DNA of 24,888 nucleotides from the IMG/VR virus record IMGVR_UViG_3300047565_000012, positions 1-24,888 of that record. One strand, written 5' to 3'. The stretch is from a virus (lineage: Duplodnaviria > Caudoviricetes). Within the stretch, counting starts at the first letter, position 1, and every line of letters begins with the position of its first letter. This document shows positions 7,244 through 16,082 of the stretch, one piece after another. The notes under the pieces were generated by a model, which was not told the origin of the DNA, did not search any database, and was given only the letters and a program-made list of their open reading frames with translations. A program made the translations under genes and the position numbers.

Positions 7244-8167
7244 ATGGCTTTAGGTACAGCTCACGTAACAACCACAACCGCAGCAACCTTCATTCCTGAA
7301 ATCTGGAGTGATGAGATTATTGCAACATACAAGAAGAACTTGGTGTTGGCTAACTTGGTTAAGAAGATGAACTTCAAGGGTAAGAAAGGTGACACCGTTC
7401 ACATTCCAGCCCCTACTCGTGGTTCCGCTTCTGCTAAGGCAGCTTCAACTCAAGTGACCTTGATTGCAGCCACCGAATCTGAAGTGGTTGTCTCTATTGA
7501 TCAACACTATGAATATAGCCGTCTGATCGAAGATATTGTCGAAGCTCAAGCTTTGGCTTCACTGCGTAACTTCTACACTGAAGATGCTGGTTATGCACTT
7601 GCTCGTCAAGTTGATACAGCTATCATCCAAGTTGGTCGTGCAGTTCAAGGTGGTGGCGGTACAGCTGCTTACTCTGGTGCTTTCTCAGGCGCTGATGGTA
7701 CTACCGCTTATGTGGCTGGTGCTAACACAGGTTTGGGTGCTCTGACTGATGCAGCTATCCGTCGTTCTATCCAGCGTTTGGATGACAACGACATTCCTAT
7801 GGACGGTCGCTTCTTGGTCATTCCTCCTTCAAGCCGTAACACCTTGATGGGTTTGGCTCGTTACACTGAACAAGCCTTCGTTGGTGAGTCCGGTGGTAGC
7901 AACACCATCCGTAACGGTGAAATTGGTAACTTGTACGGTACTCCCGTGTTTGTTACCTCTAACGCTGACACCACTTCAGGTTCTACAGCTTGCCGTATTG
8001 CACTGATGGGTCATAAAGACTTCGCAGTGTTCGTTGAGCAACAAGGCGTTCGTGCACAGACTCAGTACAAGCAAGAGTACCTCGGTACATTGTTCACTGC
8101 TGATACTTTGTACGGCGTGAAAGAGTTGCGTGACAATGCAGCAGTTGCTTTGGCAGTTCCAGCCTAA
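7244..8167 (+). CDS. Major capsid protein (HK97 fold)
   Basis: 'FIPEIWS', 'GDTVHIP', 'DTLYGVKELR'. Strong SD AGGAG, strongly biased codons, followed by a terminator. Confidence 0.93.
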   Translation: MALGTAHVTTTTAATFIPEIWSDEIIATYKKNLVLANLVKKMNFKGKKGDTVHIPAPTRGSASAKAASTQVTLIAATESEVVVSIDQHYEYSRLIEDIVEAQALASLRNFYTEDAGYALARQVDTAIIQVGRAVQGGGGTAAYSGAFSGADGTTAYVAGANTGLGALTDAAIRRSIQRLDDNDIPMDGRFLVIPPSSRNTLMGLARYTEQAFVGESGGSNTIRNGEIGNLYGTPVFVTSNADTTSGSTACRIALMGHKDFAVFVEQQGVRAQTQYKQEYLGTLFTADTLYGVKELRDNAAVALAVPA

Positions 8168-8176
8168 GTGATGAAG

Positions 8177-8205
8177 GGTTCCCTCTTAAGTGAGGGAGCC
8201 TTTTT
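8177..8205 (+). terminator. Rho-independent terminator after the capsid gene
   Basis: ggttccctc-ttaagt-gagggagcc followed by TTTTT. Confidence 0.88.
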
Positions 8206-8243
8206 AATGTATTACTTTATAGTACATCAGAAAGGTACATACT

Positions 8244-8444
8244 ATGAAATTTAAATGTAAAGCAACTAATCTAGTCTATAACTTTGAGTTCGAGGCTGAT
8301 ATTGCATCCATGAAGCAGCACCCTGATTATGAAGCTGTAATGGATGAACCTGAAGTTAAAGAACCTGTTAAGAAAACACCAGCAAAGGTAAAGCAACAAG
8401 ATGAAAGCAATATCAGTAGGACACAACCTAGCAGCGGGAACTAA
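8244..8444 (+). CDS. Small hypothetical protein
   Basis: 66 aa with SD GAAAGG. Overlaps the next gene. Confidence 0.7.
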   Translation: MKFKCKATNLVYNFEFEADIASMKQHPDYEAVMDEPEVKEPVKKTPAKVKQQDESNISRTQPSSGN

Positions 8445-8733
8445 GACTACTGTTTATACGGTTCCAACAGGCTACTATGCTAAGTGGAATCTTTGCTACA
8501 TTTCAAACCACACAGGTAACAATAAAACTGTAAGTGTTTGGTGGTACGATGCAAGTACAGCCACTGAAATTACTGTTATTGATTCCTATCAGTTAGCTAC
8601 TACACAGTATTTAAGATTTGATGGCGGTGCTTATGTCGTTATGGAAGAGGGCGATCAAGTACGTATTACAGCCGAAGCTGCTTCAGCAATGTCAGCTATC
8701 AATACATTTGAGTTATACAGAAAAGGTGAGTAA
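8401..8733 (+). CDS. Small beta-rich virion protein (putative)
   Basis: 'TTVYTVP...VVMEEGDQVRITA' beta-sandwich pattern common among small podovirus structural genes. Confidence 0.7.
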   Translation: MKAISVGHNLAAGTKTTVYTVPTGYYAKWNLCYISNHTGNNKTVSVWWYDASTATEITVIDSYQLATTQYLRFDGGAYVVMEEGDQVRITAEAASAMSAINTFELYRKGE

Positions 8734-8738
8734 TTATT

Positions 8739-10121
8739 ATGGCTATTAGATCCAATAACAATTACTTTACTGACTTTGAAGACAATGGACTCTTTAGTGG
8801 TGGTGGTTCTGTTGTAGCTGATATGTTTGCTGATATTGTTCCTGAGCTGGCTCCAATGACTACAGCAGCTGTGACCGCAGCTAAAGCAACTCCTCAAGAA
8901 AACATTCAAAGTTTAATATCTTCAGGTACTTTTGATAGTAATCCTAACCAAGCTGTACTGATTGGAGATACTTACTATCAACCTAACTATGCTTCTACAG
9001 GTAGTGGTGAGAACTTTCAGCAAGGCCCTTTAGAGAATGTAACAACTTATAAAGCTTCTGAGAACAAAGTAGGTGGTGATGTTAATCAGTATACTCCTAC
9101 AGGCGAGTTTCAACAGACAACCCAACAACAAGCTGTAAGTAATAGTCTTACTCCTTTCTTGTTAGGCTCAGCAGCTTTGTTTGGTGGCTTGGGTGGAGGC
9201 TTTGAAAGTTTGTTTGGTAGTGGTGCAGGCACAGCTTCAGCCGCTGCAGATGCTGACTTGGCTGCTGGCTTGATTCCTGAGTACGGCACTAATGCAGCTT
9301 ACGATCAGTTCATGGGAGCTGCTATTGCTCCTAGTGAAGCTATTGCAACACCTATAGTTGAAGCTCCAGCAGCATACTATGAACCTGCTGTAACACCAAC
9401 TCCAAGTGCTATTGATTACTCTTTAAGTAACGGTACTGTTGCAGCACCTGAGACTTATATGGGCGGTGCTCAGGGGTTTCAACCGGGTGTAGCAGCTAAC
9501 TTAGAAGGTATGGGAGGAGCTCAAGGACTGCTTATCAATGCAGGTGCTCCATCAACAACCTTAGCTGATGCTCTAGCTACCTTTGGTGGTGTCAATCCAG
9601 CTTATATGGCTGACATGGGTGGTGCTCAAGGTTTAACATACCAGACACCTACAGGCTTAGTTACAGAAGCTGCTACTCTGCCTATCGGTATTCCTAATGT
9701 CTTAGATCAAGTACTAGGTGAGACTGGTATTAATACAGCTACTAACATTGGCTCAGGTATCGGTAATGAACTAGCTGCTATCAATACTAACGTACCTTCA
9801 CTTGAGTCTGTAACTCCAGCTCCTCCAATGACACCTGAGAATAAGAGTTTATTGGATAGCTTAACACCTTCTCAAGCTGCCAGTTTACTAAAAGGTGCTT
9901 TAGGTTTGTTTGGTGCTCTAAGCGCTGGTAAGGCTATGGGTAGCGGTGGAGGATCTAATACTTTCAATGTAGGTGCTTTACCTACACAGGGCATACCATT
10001 GAATAGTCAAGATTACTTCAACGCTATCCAACAGAACTATAACACTTTGTTACCTTCAATGCCTCGTGATGTGGCTACTCCTTTGTCACAGTGGTACAAC
10101 ACTCAATATACAGGGACTTAA
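8739..10121 (+). CDS. Acidic, Gly/Ala/Thr/Pro-rich low-complexity protein, probable virion component
   Basis: 460-aa ORF with three MGGAQG repeats and Gly-rich hydrophobic stretches. Located in the structural module. Confidence 0.6.
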   Translation: MAIRSNNNYFTDFEDNGLFSGGGSVVADMFADIVPELAPMTTAAVTAAKATPQENIQSLISSGTFDSNPNQAVLIGDTYYQPNYASTGSGENFQQGPLENVTTYKASENKVGGDVNQYTPTGEFQQTTQQQAVSNSLTPFLLGSAALFGGLGGGFESLFGSGAGTASAAADADLAAGLIPEYGTNAAYDQFMGAAIAPSEAIATPIVEAPAAYYEPAVTPTPSAIDYSLSNGTVAAPETYMGGAQGFQPGVAANLEGMGGAQGLLINAGAPSTTLADALATFGGVNPAYMADMGGAQGLTYQTPTGLVTEAATLPIGIPNVLDQVLGETGINTATNIGSGIGNELAAINTNVPSLESVTPAPPMTPENKSLLDSLTPSQAASLLKGALGLFGALSAGKAMGSGGGSNTFNVGALPTQGIPLNSQDYFNAIQQNYNTLLPSMPRDVATPLSQWYNTQYTGT

Positions 10122-10124
10122 GTA

Positions 10125-11207
10125 ATGTCTATTTATCGAGGCCCGGGAGGAGCTGGTGATGCTACTAACGATGCTAACAGTCAAGCTGCTTTAGCCACTC
10201 AAAAGGCTAGTGAAGCTACTGCAAGTGCTACAGCAGCTGCATCGTCAGCTTCAGCGGCATCTAGTTCAGCCAGTGCAGCTAGTACATCGGCATCTAATGC
10301 TTCTACTTCAGCTACATCAGCTTCTACGTCTGCAAGTGCAGCTTCAACATCTGCTACATCAGCTTCTACGTCTGCCACTGCAGCCTCAACAAGCGCTACC
10401 AATGCAGCTTCGTCGGCTAGCACAGCTACTACTAAGGCTACTGAAGCAGCTACATCAGCAAGCTCAGCAAGCTCTTCAGCCACTGAAGCAGCTAGTAGTG
10501 CCAGTGCAGCTTCTACGTCAGCCAGTACAGCAACTACTAAAGCTAGTGAGGCAAGTACATCAGCTACCAACGCAGCTTCTAGTGCTTCAGCAGCGTCCGC
10601 CAGTGCCACAGCAGCGGCCTCTAGTGCAACTGCAGCGTCATCTAGTGCTAGCTCTGCAAGTTCTTCAGCTACTACAGCAACTACTAAAGCTAGTGAGGCT
10701 GCTACAAGTGCCACTAATGCAACATCCTCTGCAACTGCAGCAGCTAGCTCAGCCTCTACAGCTTCTACGCAGGCCTCCAATGCAGCGTCATCGGCATCAG
10801 CTGCGAGCACCTCTGCAAGTAATGCAAGCTCTTCAGCGAGCTCAGCTAGTACCTATGCAAGTAATGCTTCATCGTCTGCTAGTGCAGCTTCTACGTCAGC
10901 TTCTAATGCAGCCTCTAGCGCTACTGCAGCGGCTTCAAGCGCATCTGCAGCGGCCTCTAGTGCTACGTCAGCAGCTTCATCAGCCACTGATGCCTCTAAT
11001 GTCTTATCAACTTCTGTGAGGCTTACAGGTGATCAAACTGTAGCTGGTATCAAGACTTTCAGCTCTAGCATTGTAGGTTCTGTTACAGGCAATGCAGCTA
11101 CTGTTACTAACGGTGTTTACACTACAGGTACTTATTCTAATCCAGCTTGGATTACTTCTTTAGACAGCTCTAAACTAACTGGCTCGATTGCCGGAGGGAC
11201 ATTTTAA
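10125..11207 (+). CDS. Ala/Ser/Thr heptad-repeat fibre/stalk protein
   Basis: About 280 aa of A/S/T heptads, then 'LTGDQTVAGIKTFSS' (a fibre motif) and C-terminal 'IAGGTF'. Confidence 0.8.
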   Translation: MSIYRGPGGAGDATNDANSQAALATQKASEATASATAAASSASAASSSASAASTSASNASTSATSASTSASAASTSATSASTSATAASTSATNAASSASTATTKATEAATSASSASSSATEAASSASAASTSASTATTKASEASTSATNAASSASAASASATAAASSATAASSSASSASSSATTATTKASEAATSATNATSSATAAASSASTASTQASNAASSASAASTSASNASSSASSASTYASNASSSASAASTSASNAASSATAAASSASAAASSATSAASSATDASNVLSTSVRLTGDQTVAGIKTFSSSIVGSVTGNAATVTNGVYTTGTYSNPAWITSLDSSKLTGSIAGGTF

Positions 11208-12917
11208 ATGGCAACAACTATTCTAACTAAACGCAGCAACACAGCAACTGCTGTACCGTTGGCTGCAGATCTAACTAACTCTTCAAGTGGTTCTGAGTTA
11301 GCTGTTAACACGGCTGATAAGCGACTGTTTACCAAGGACTCAGGTGGTGCTGTCGTAGAGCTAGGCACTAATCCATCAACGTTGGTACTGCCAAGCGGTA
11401 GCGTTAACGGAGTAGCGTATTTAAACGGCTCTAAGGTTGTTACAAGCGGTTCTGCGCTTACTTTTGATGGGACTAACCTAACGGCAACGAATGGTGCTTC
11501 TATCCAAGGTCTGACTGTTGGTAAGGGTGGCGGTGCTGACCAATACAACACTGCTTTGGGTGTAAGCGCTTTAGCGGCTAATACAACTGGCGGTTCACAA
11601 AATGTGGCGGTTGGTTGGAACGCATTATTGACCAATACAACTGGCACAAATAACACAGCGGTTGGTATGCAATCGTTGAAATTGACTACAACTGGTTCAA
11701 ATAATAGTGCAATTGGATTGCGTTCATTACAAGCCAATACTACTGGTGCATATAACACTGGTCTTGGTAATGAGGCTCTGTACTCCAACACCACAGCATC
11801 TAACAATACTGCTGTAGGTTATCAGGCTGGGTATAGCAATACTACGGGCACTGGAAACTTAGTTGCAGGATACCAAGCAGGCGTCAACGCAACAACTGCA
11901 AGCTACAGCGTCTTCTTAGGTCGTCTTGCAAATGGTGCTGGTGCTGCAACTTCCAACTACAACACTGGTGTTGGTAATGCGTCTTTGTACTCGTTGACTA
12001 GCGGTGGTTCAAACAGCGCTTTGGGTAGTGGCACTATGTTCAATACCACTACTGGATTGAACAGCGTGGCTATTGGGGACTCCGCACTTTATACCAACAC
12101 TTCAGGTTCTTATAACGTAGGCATTGGTGTTTCGGCTCTTTATTCAAACACCACAGGTGCTACCAACACTGCAATTGGTTTTAGAGCTGGCTACAGTAAT
12201 ACAACTGGAATTCTTAACACTTTCCTTGGTTCTGATGCGGGTTATTTTATTACTACTGGTTCAAAAAACACCATCGTTGGCACTTACAGCGGCAATGGCG
12301 GTGGCCTAGATATTCGCACAGCAAGCAACTACATCGTGCTGTCTGATGGGGATGGTAATCCACGAGGTATTTTTGATAGCGGGGGGCAGTTTTTGGTTGG
12401 GGCTGTAACTGCCGCTTCAAGTTCAGGCACTGGCTTTAAAGTACTTAATGTTGTTAGTGGACATTGGGATCCCATAAGTGTTACTTCTCAAAACAGTGCA
12501 AGTTATTCGTGTTGGGATATTTACTCAACTGCCACAAGTTCTTATCGCTTTTATGTAACTTCAACTGGCGTAGTTAATGCAGTAAGCACAACTATTACCG
12601 CTATTTCTGACCAACGCCTAAAAGAAAATGTGCGTGACATTGATACTGGTCTTGATGCAATCATGGCATTACAACCAAGACGTTTTGATTGGAAAGATGG
12701 CAAAGGTCAAGACAAGAAAAATGTGGCTGGTTTTATTGCACAAGAGTTTGAAAACGTGTTTCCTGAGTGTGTCGGACTATCAAAAGCTGGCGCAGATGGT
12801 ATTGAATACAAGAACATCAACCATGAGACATTGATACCTACGCTTGTCAAAGCCATCCAAGAACAACAAGCAATCATTGAATCACTCAAAGCACGTTTGG
12901 ATGCCGCTAATCTTTAA
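11208..12917 (+). CDS. Tail fibre/spike with 14-aa beta-roll repeats and C-terminal intramolecular chaperone (peptidase S74-like)
   Basis: N-terminal 'ELAVNTADKRLF' anchor, repeated 'NTAVGxxALxxNTTG', 'SDQRLKENV...GFIAQE...LVKAIQE'. Confidence 0.9.
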   Translation: MATTILTKRSNTATAVPLAADLTNSSSGSELAVNTADKRLFTKDSGGAVVELGTNPSTLVLPSGSVNGVAYLNGSKVVTSGSALTFDGTNLTATNGASIQGLTVGKGGGADQYNTALGVSALAANTTGGSQNVAVGWNALLTNTTGTNNTAVGMQSLKLTTTGSNNSAIGLRSLQANTTGAYNTGLGNEALYSNTTASNNTAVGYQAGYSNTTGTGNLVAGYQAGVNATTASYSVFLGRLANGAGAATSNYNTGVGNASLYSLTSGGSNSALGSGTMFNTTTGLNSVAIGDSALYTNTSGSYNVGIGVSALYSNTTGATNTAIGFRAGYSNTTGILNTFLGSDAGYFITTGSKNTIVGTYSGNGGGLDIRTASNYIVLSDGDGNPRGIFDSGGQFLVGAVTAASSSGTGFKVLNVVSGHWDPISVTSQNSASYSCWDIYSTATSSYRFYVTSTGVVNAVSTTITAISDQRLKENVRDIDTGLDAIMALQPRRFDWKDGKGQDKKNVAGFIAQEFENVFPECVGLSKAGADGIEYKNINHETLIPTLVKAIQEQQAIIESLKARLDAANL

Positions 12918-12928
12918 AGGAAAACATC

Positions 12929-13150
12929 ATGACTATTGAAACTCAAACACCATCCGCAGAAGAAATTGCACAGCACTACAGCGCCGCAATGGACTCAGTA
13001 AACCTGATTAACGCGGGTAAACCAGAAGGCATGGAAGATGCTGACTGGGCTGACACTGTTGCTCGTAATAAAGCGCACTTGGTAATCATGTTGGCTAAAG
13101 ACTTCTGGACAACAGAAGACCTGACGCCCTTGCAAGCCGCATCAGCATAA
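12929..13150 (+). CDS. Small fibre-associated hypothetical protein
   Basis: 73 aa. SD TAAAGGAAAACATC-ATG. Confidence 0.8.
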   Translation: MTIETQTPSAEEIAQHYSAAMDSVNLINAGKPEGMEDADWADTVARNKAHLVIMLAKDFWTTEDLTPLQAASA

Positions 13151-13178
13151 CGGGAAGCCACCACCCGATCTTGGTGGC
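13151..13178 (+). promoter_or_regulatory. Predicted H-type RNA pseudoknot
   Basis: S1 cggg (13151-54)/cccg (13164-67). S2 gccacca (13157-63)/tggtggc (13172-78). Loops of 2, 0 and 4 nt. Confidence 0.55.
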
Positions 13179-13195
13179 GCATTAAAGGAAACATC

Positions 13196-13402
13196 ATGGG
13201 AAAAACAGAAAAGACCCCATTGACGATTGACGGAGTAGAGTACCAGTTCGAGGATATGACTCCTGAACAACAGGTACTGATTAACCATGTTGCAGACCTT
13301 GACCGAAAGTTAGCGTCTGCAAAATTCAATGCCGATCAACTTCAGGTTGGTAGAGACGCTTTCTTTAACTTGCTAAAAACAGCACTTACACCAAAAGAGT
13401 AA
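13196..13402 (+). CDS. Small coiled-coil fibre-associated protein
   Basis: 68 aa, 'LTIDGVEY..EDMTPEQQ..' followed by a coiled coil. SD TAAAGGAAACATC-ATG. Confidence 0.82.
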   Translation: MGKTEKTPLTIDGVEYQFEDMTPEQQVLINHVADLDRKLASAKFNADQLQVGRDAFFNLLKTALTPKE

Positions 13403-13405
13403 ATC

Positions 13406-13636
13406 ATGGAAGAAGTGACCCATGCTCAAATCTATTCTAGGCTTGTCGCAGTAGAGTCCAAGGTAGATTCAATAGACAAGAATACTCAAGAGGTTGTAAA
13501 GGCATTCAATGCAGCTGCAGGTGCTTTTCAAGTTCTTGAGTGGATTGCTAAAGGTGTCAAGCCTCTGATTGTTATAGGTGCTTTCTTCGGAGCTATTTGG
13601 TTAGCTCTGGAGAATAAGATACACGGTATTAAATAA
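13406..13636 (+). CDS. Small membrane protein (coiled coil + one TM), possibly holin-like
   Basis: 'RLVAVESKVDSID' followed by hydrophobic 'PLIVIGAFFGAIWLAL'. Confidence 0.7.
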   Translation: MEEVTHAQIYSRLVAVESKVDSIDKNTQEVVKAFNAAAGAFQVLEWIAKGVKPLIVIGAFFGAIWLALENKIHGIK

Positions 13637-13659
13637 AAGTAATAATAAAGGACATATAG

Positions 13660-14310
13660 ATGGCTACGTATTTAGACGTTGTGAACAATGTGCTCAGACG
13701 CTTGCGTGAGCCTACTGTTTCCTCAGTTAATGATACTGATTATTCAGCTATGTTAGGTGTGTTCGTTAACGATGCTAAGCGTGAAGTTGAAGATGCTTAC
13801 GATTGGAATGCGTTATCGGACACACTGACAGCTACAACTACAGAGGATGTCTTTAACTATGTTCTAGTAGGTTCTCGTACTCGTTTCCGTACCATTGATG
13901 TATTCAATCAGACCAAAGGGTTTGAAATGAGTTACAGACCTACAACTTGGATGAATAGACAGTTCATCATTGTAGATCAGCAGAAGGGTCAGCCTGTACA
14001 CTACAACTACAACGGTGTAGACTCAAATGGTGACACTCAAGTAGATGTCTATCCAATTCCAGACGGTGTATATACATTACGCTTTAACTTGACTATCCCT
14101 CAGGCTGATCTAGTTAACGATAACGATACTATCTTAGTTCCATCACACATTGTAGCTATGCTAGCTCACTCTAAAGCTATTGCTGAGCGAGGTGAGGATT
14201 CAGGTGTATTGTCTTCAGAGGCATATCAGATGTACAGACTAGCTCTTGCAGATGCTGTTGCTATTGAGCGTAATCACTATGATGAAGAGATGACTTGGGA
14301 TTCAATCTAA
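13660..14310 (+). CDS. Head-tail adaptor / tail tubular protein A-like
   Basis: 'TYLDVVNNVLRRLRE...VNDAKREVE...W', 'VYPIPDGVY'. Size and position fit. Confidence 0.82.
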   Translation: MATYLDVVNNVLRRLREPTVSSVNDTDYSAMLGVFVNDAKREVEDAYDWNALSDTLTATTTEDVFNYVLVGSRTRFRTIDVFNQTKGFEMSYRPTTWMNRQFIIVDQQKGQPVHYNYNGVDSNGDTQVDVYPIPDGVYTLRFNLTIPQADLVNDNDTILVPSHIVAMLAHSKAIAERGEDSGVLSSEAYQMYRLALADAVAIERNHYDEEMTWDSI

Positions 14311-15852
14311 ATGTCTGAACAGCTTTTAACTACAACTATTCAAGCTCCCGGGTTTATGGGTTTGAACCTTCAGGACTCTTCAGTGAGTCTTGAGAATGGT
14401 TACGCCACTGTAGCTACTAACTGTGTTATTGATAAGTTTGGACGTATTGGTGCTCGTAAAGGTTGGTCTAAAGCTCATACAGCATTGGCAGCTCTGACAG
14501 GTCACAATGTTAAGTGTATTGGTGAGTTAATTGACAATGCAGGTAACTCATATATCCTAGCTACAGGACACAGTAAGCTATTTAAACTGGTAGGGACAAC
14601 TCTGACTGAGCTGACCTACGGAGGTGGTGGCACAGCTCCTACCATTACAGCTGATGATTGGCAGATGGCTCCGTTGAATGGATGCTTATACATCTATCAA
14701 GCTGGACATGATCCTTTAGTGTTCGATCCTGCGGTCAGTACAACTACTTATAGACGTATCTCTGAGAAGTCGGGCTACTTAGGAACTGTATCTAGTAACA
14801 ACTGTGTGATCAGTGCTTATGGTCGTACATGGAGTGCTAATAATAGCTCATCTAAGAGTACTGTACAGTTCTCAGACTTGTTAGCTGGTCATGTGTTGAA
14901 TACAGGTACATCAGGTACTTTAGATGTATCTACAGTGTGGCCTGCAGGCTCAGATGAGATTATTGCACTAGCTGCACATAATAACTTCTTGATTATCTTT
15001 GGTCGTAGACAGGTATTGATTTACGCTAATGCTACAGATCCTAATAACCTAACATTATCAGATGCTATTACAGGTATTGGATGCTTTGCTAGGGACTCCG
15101 TAGCTAAGACAGGTAGTGATATTGTCTTCTTGTCAGATACTGGTGTTAGATCTCTAATGCGTACCATTCAAGAGAAGTCAGCTCCAATGCGAGAGCTAAG
15201 CTTGAATGTTAAGGATAGTCTAATTCAAGACTTATCTGGTGAGACTGCTGCAGATATTAAGTCAGTATACTCAGACAAAGATGCCTTCTATCTGTTGTCT
15301 TTACCATCAAGTAATACTGTCTATTGTTTTGATATGCGTGGACAGCTTCCTAATGGAGCTGCTAAGACTACAACTTGGGATAATATTACTCCTACAGCTT
15401 TCTTTTATACCCGTAATAAGGATTTATTGCTAGGACAAGAGAGTTATATTGGAAAATATTCAGAAAACCTTGACAATACCTCCACTTATAAGTTAAAATA
15501 CTACACTAATTACTTTGACTTTGGATCACCAACATCTTTAAAGATACTTAAGAAAGTTAATCTTACATTTGTGGGTGGTAATGGAGCTGATGTTATTATC
15601 AAGTATGGCTTTGACTTTAGTCCTAGTTATATCTCTAGAGTTATCCAACTTGGTGATATTACAGTAGCTGAATACGGAGTATCTGAATATAACATTGGAC
15701 AGTATACAGCGGGTGTAGTGTACGACAATAAGAAGATCCATGCCAGCGGTTCAGGTAATACAGTACAGATTGGAATGGAAACAGATATAAATGGTTTTGA
15801 AATATCCCTACAAAAACTTGATTGCTATGTTAAAGCAGGAAGGACTCGATAA
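14311..15852 (+). CDS. Tail nozzle / stabilisation protein (tail tubular protein B-like, beta-propeller)
   Basis: 513 aa, beta-rich, with 'GFMGLN', 'IGCFARDSV' and 'VFLSDTGVRSL'. Follows the adaptor gene. Confidence 0.82.
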   Translation: MSEQLLTTTIQAPGFMGLNLQDSSVSLENGYATVATNCVIDKFGRIGARKGWSKAHTALAALTGHNVKCIGELIDNAGNSYILATGHSKLFKLVGTTLTELTYGGGGTAPTITADDWQMAPLNGCLYIYQAGHDPLVFDPAVSTTTYRRISEKSGYLGTVSSNNCVISAYGRTWSANNSSSKSTVQFSDLLAGHVLNTGTSGTLDVSTVWPAGSDEIIALAAHNNFLIIFGRRQVLIYANATDPNNLTLSDAITGIGCFARDSVAKTGSDIVFLSDTGVRSLMRTIQEKSAPMRELSLNVKDSLIQDLSGETAADIKSVYSDKDAFYLLSLPSSNTVYCFDMRGQLPNGAAKTTTWDNITPTAFFYTRNKDLLLGQESYIGKYSENLDNTSTYKLKYYTNYFDFGSPTSLKILKKVNLTFVGGNGADVIIKYGFDFSPSYISRVIQLGDITVAEYGVSEYNIGQYTAGVVYDNKKIHASGSGNTVQIGMETDINGFEISLQKLDCYVKAGRTR

Positions 15853-16082
15853 TGAGTAACTACACCAAAGCAACGGACTTTGCAGCTAAAGATTCCCTCT
15901 CAACAGGTAATCCTTCAAAGTTAGTTAAAGGCACTGAGATTGATAGTGAGTTTAGTGCTATTCAATCAGCTGTTAACTCTAAAGCTGATAAAGCTAATCC
16001 ATCATTCACAGGAACATTGACAGCAGTGGACATCACTATGTCAGGATCATTTACAGGAACACTTGACGGAGGTACATATTAA
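15852..16082 (+). CDS. Short tail needle/fibre-anchor-like protein
   Basis: 76 aa, 'EIDSEFSAIQSAVNSKAD..PSFTGT' and C-terminal 'LDGGTY'. Confidence 0.72.
   Translation: MSNYTKATDFAAKDSLSTGNPSKLVKGTEIDSEFSAIQSAVNSKADKANPSFTGTLTAVDITMSGSFTGTLDGGTY

Noticed and set aside
10119-11210. In-frame junctions TAA-GTA-ATG (10119-10127) and TAA-ATG (11205-11210, also 14308-14313) as readthrough or frameshift fusions
   Set aside because: The downstream genes have their own ATG (SD GGAGG before 11208). No in-frame slippery heptamer or stimulatory structure was seen. Tight packing explains the junctions.
10199-11806. Long alternative-frame and antisense ORFs over the stalk and fibre genes
   Set aside because: Shadow ORFs produced by repetitive GCN/TCN/ACN codons, with no SD or protein-like features.
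11208-12917. Diversity-generating retroelement target (Mtd-like N-terminus)
   Set aside because: No reverse transcriptase or template/variable repeat pair in the window, and the C-terminus is a chaperone domain rather than a C-type lectin fold.
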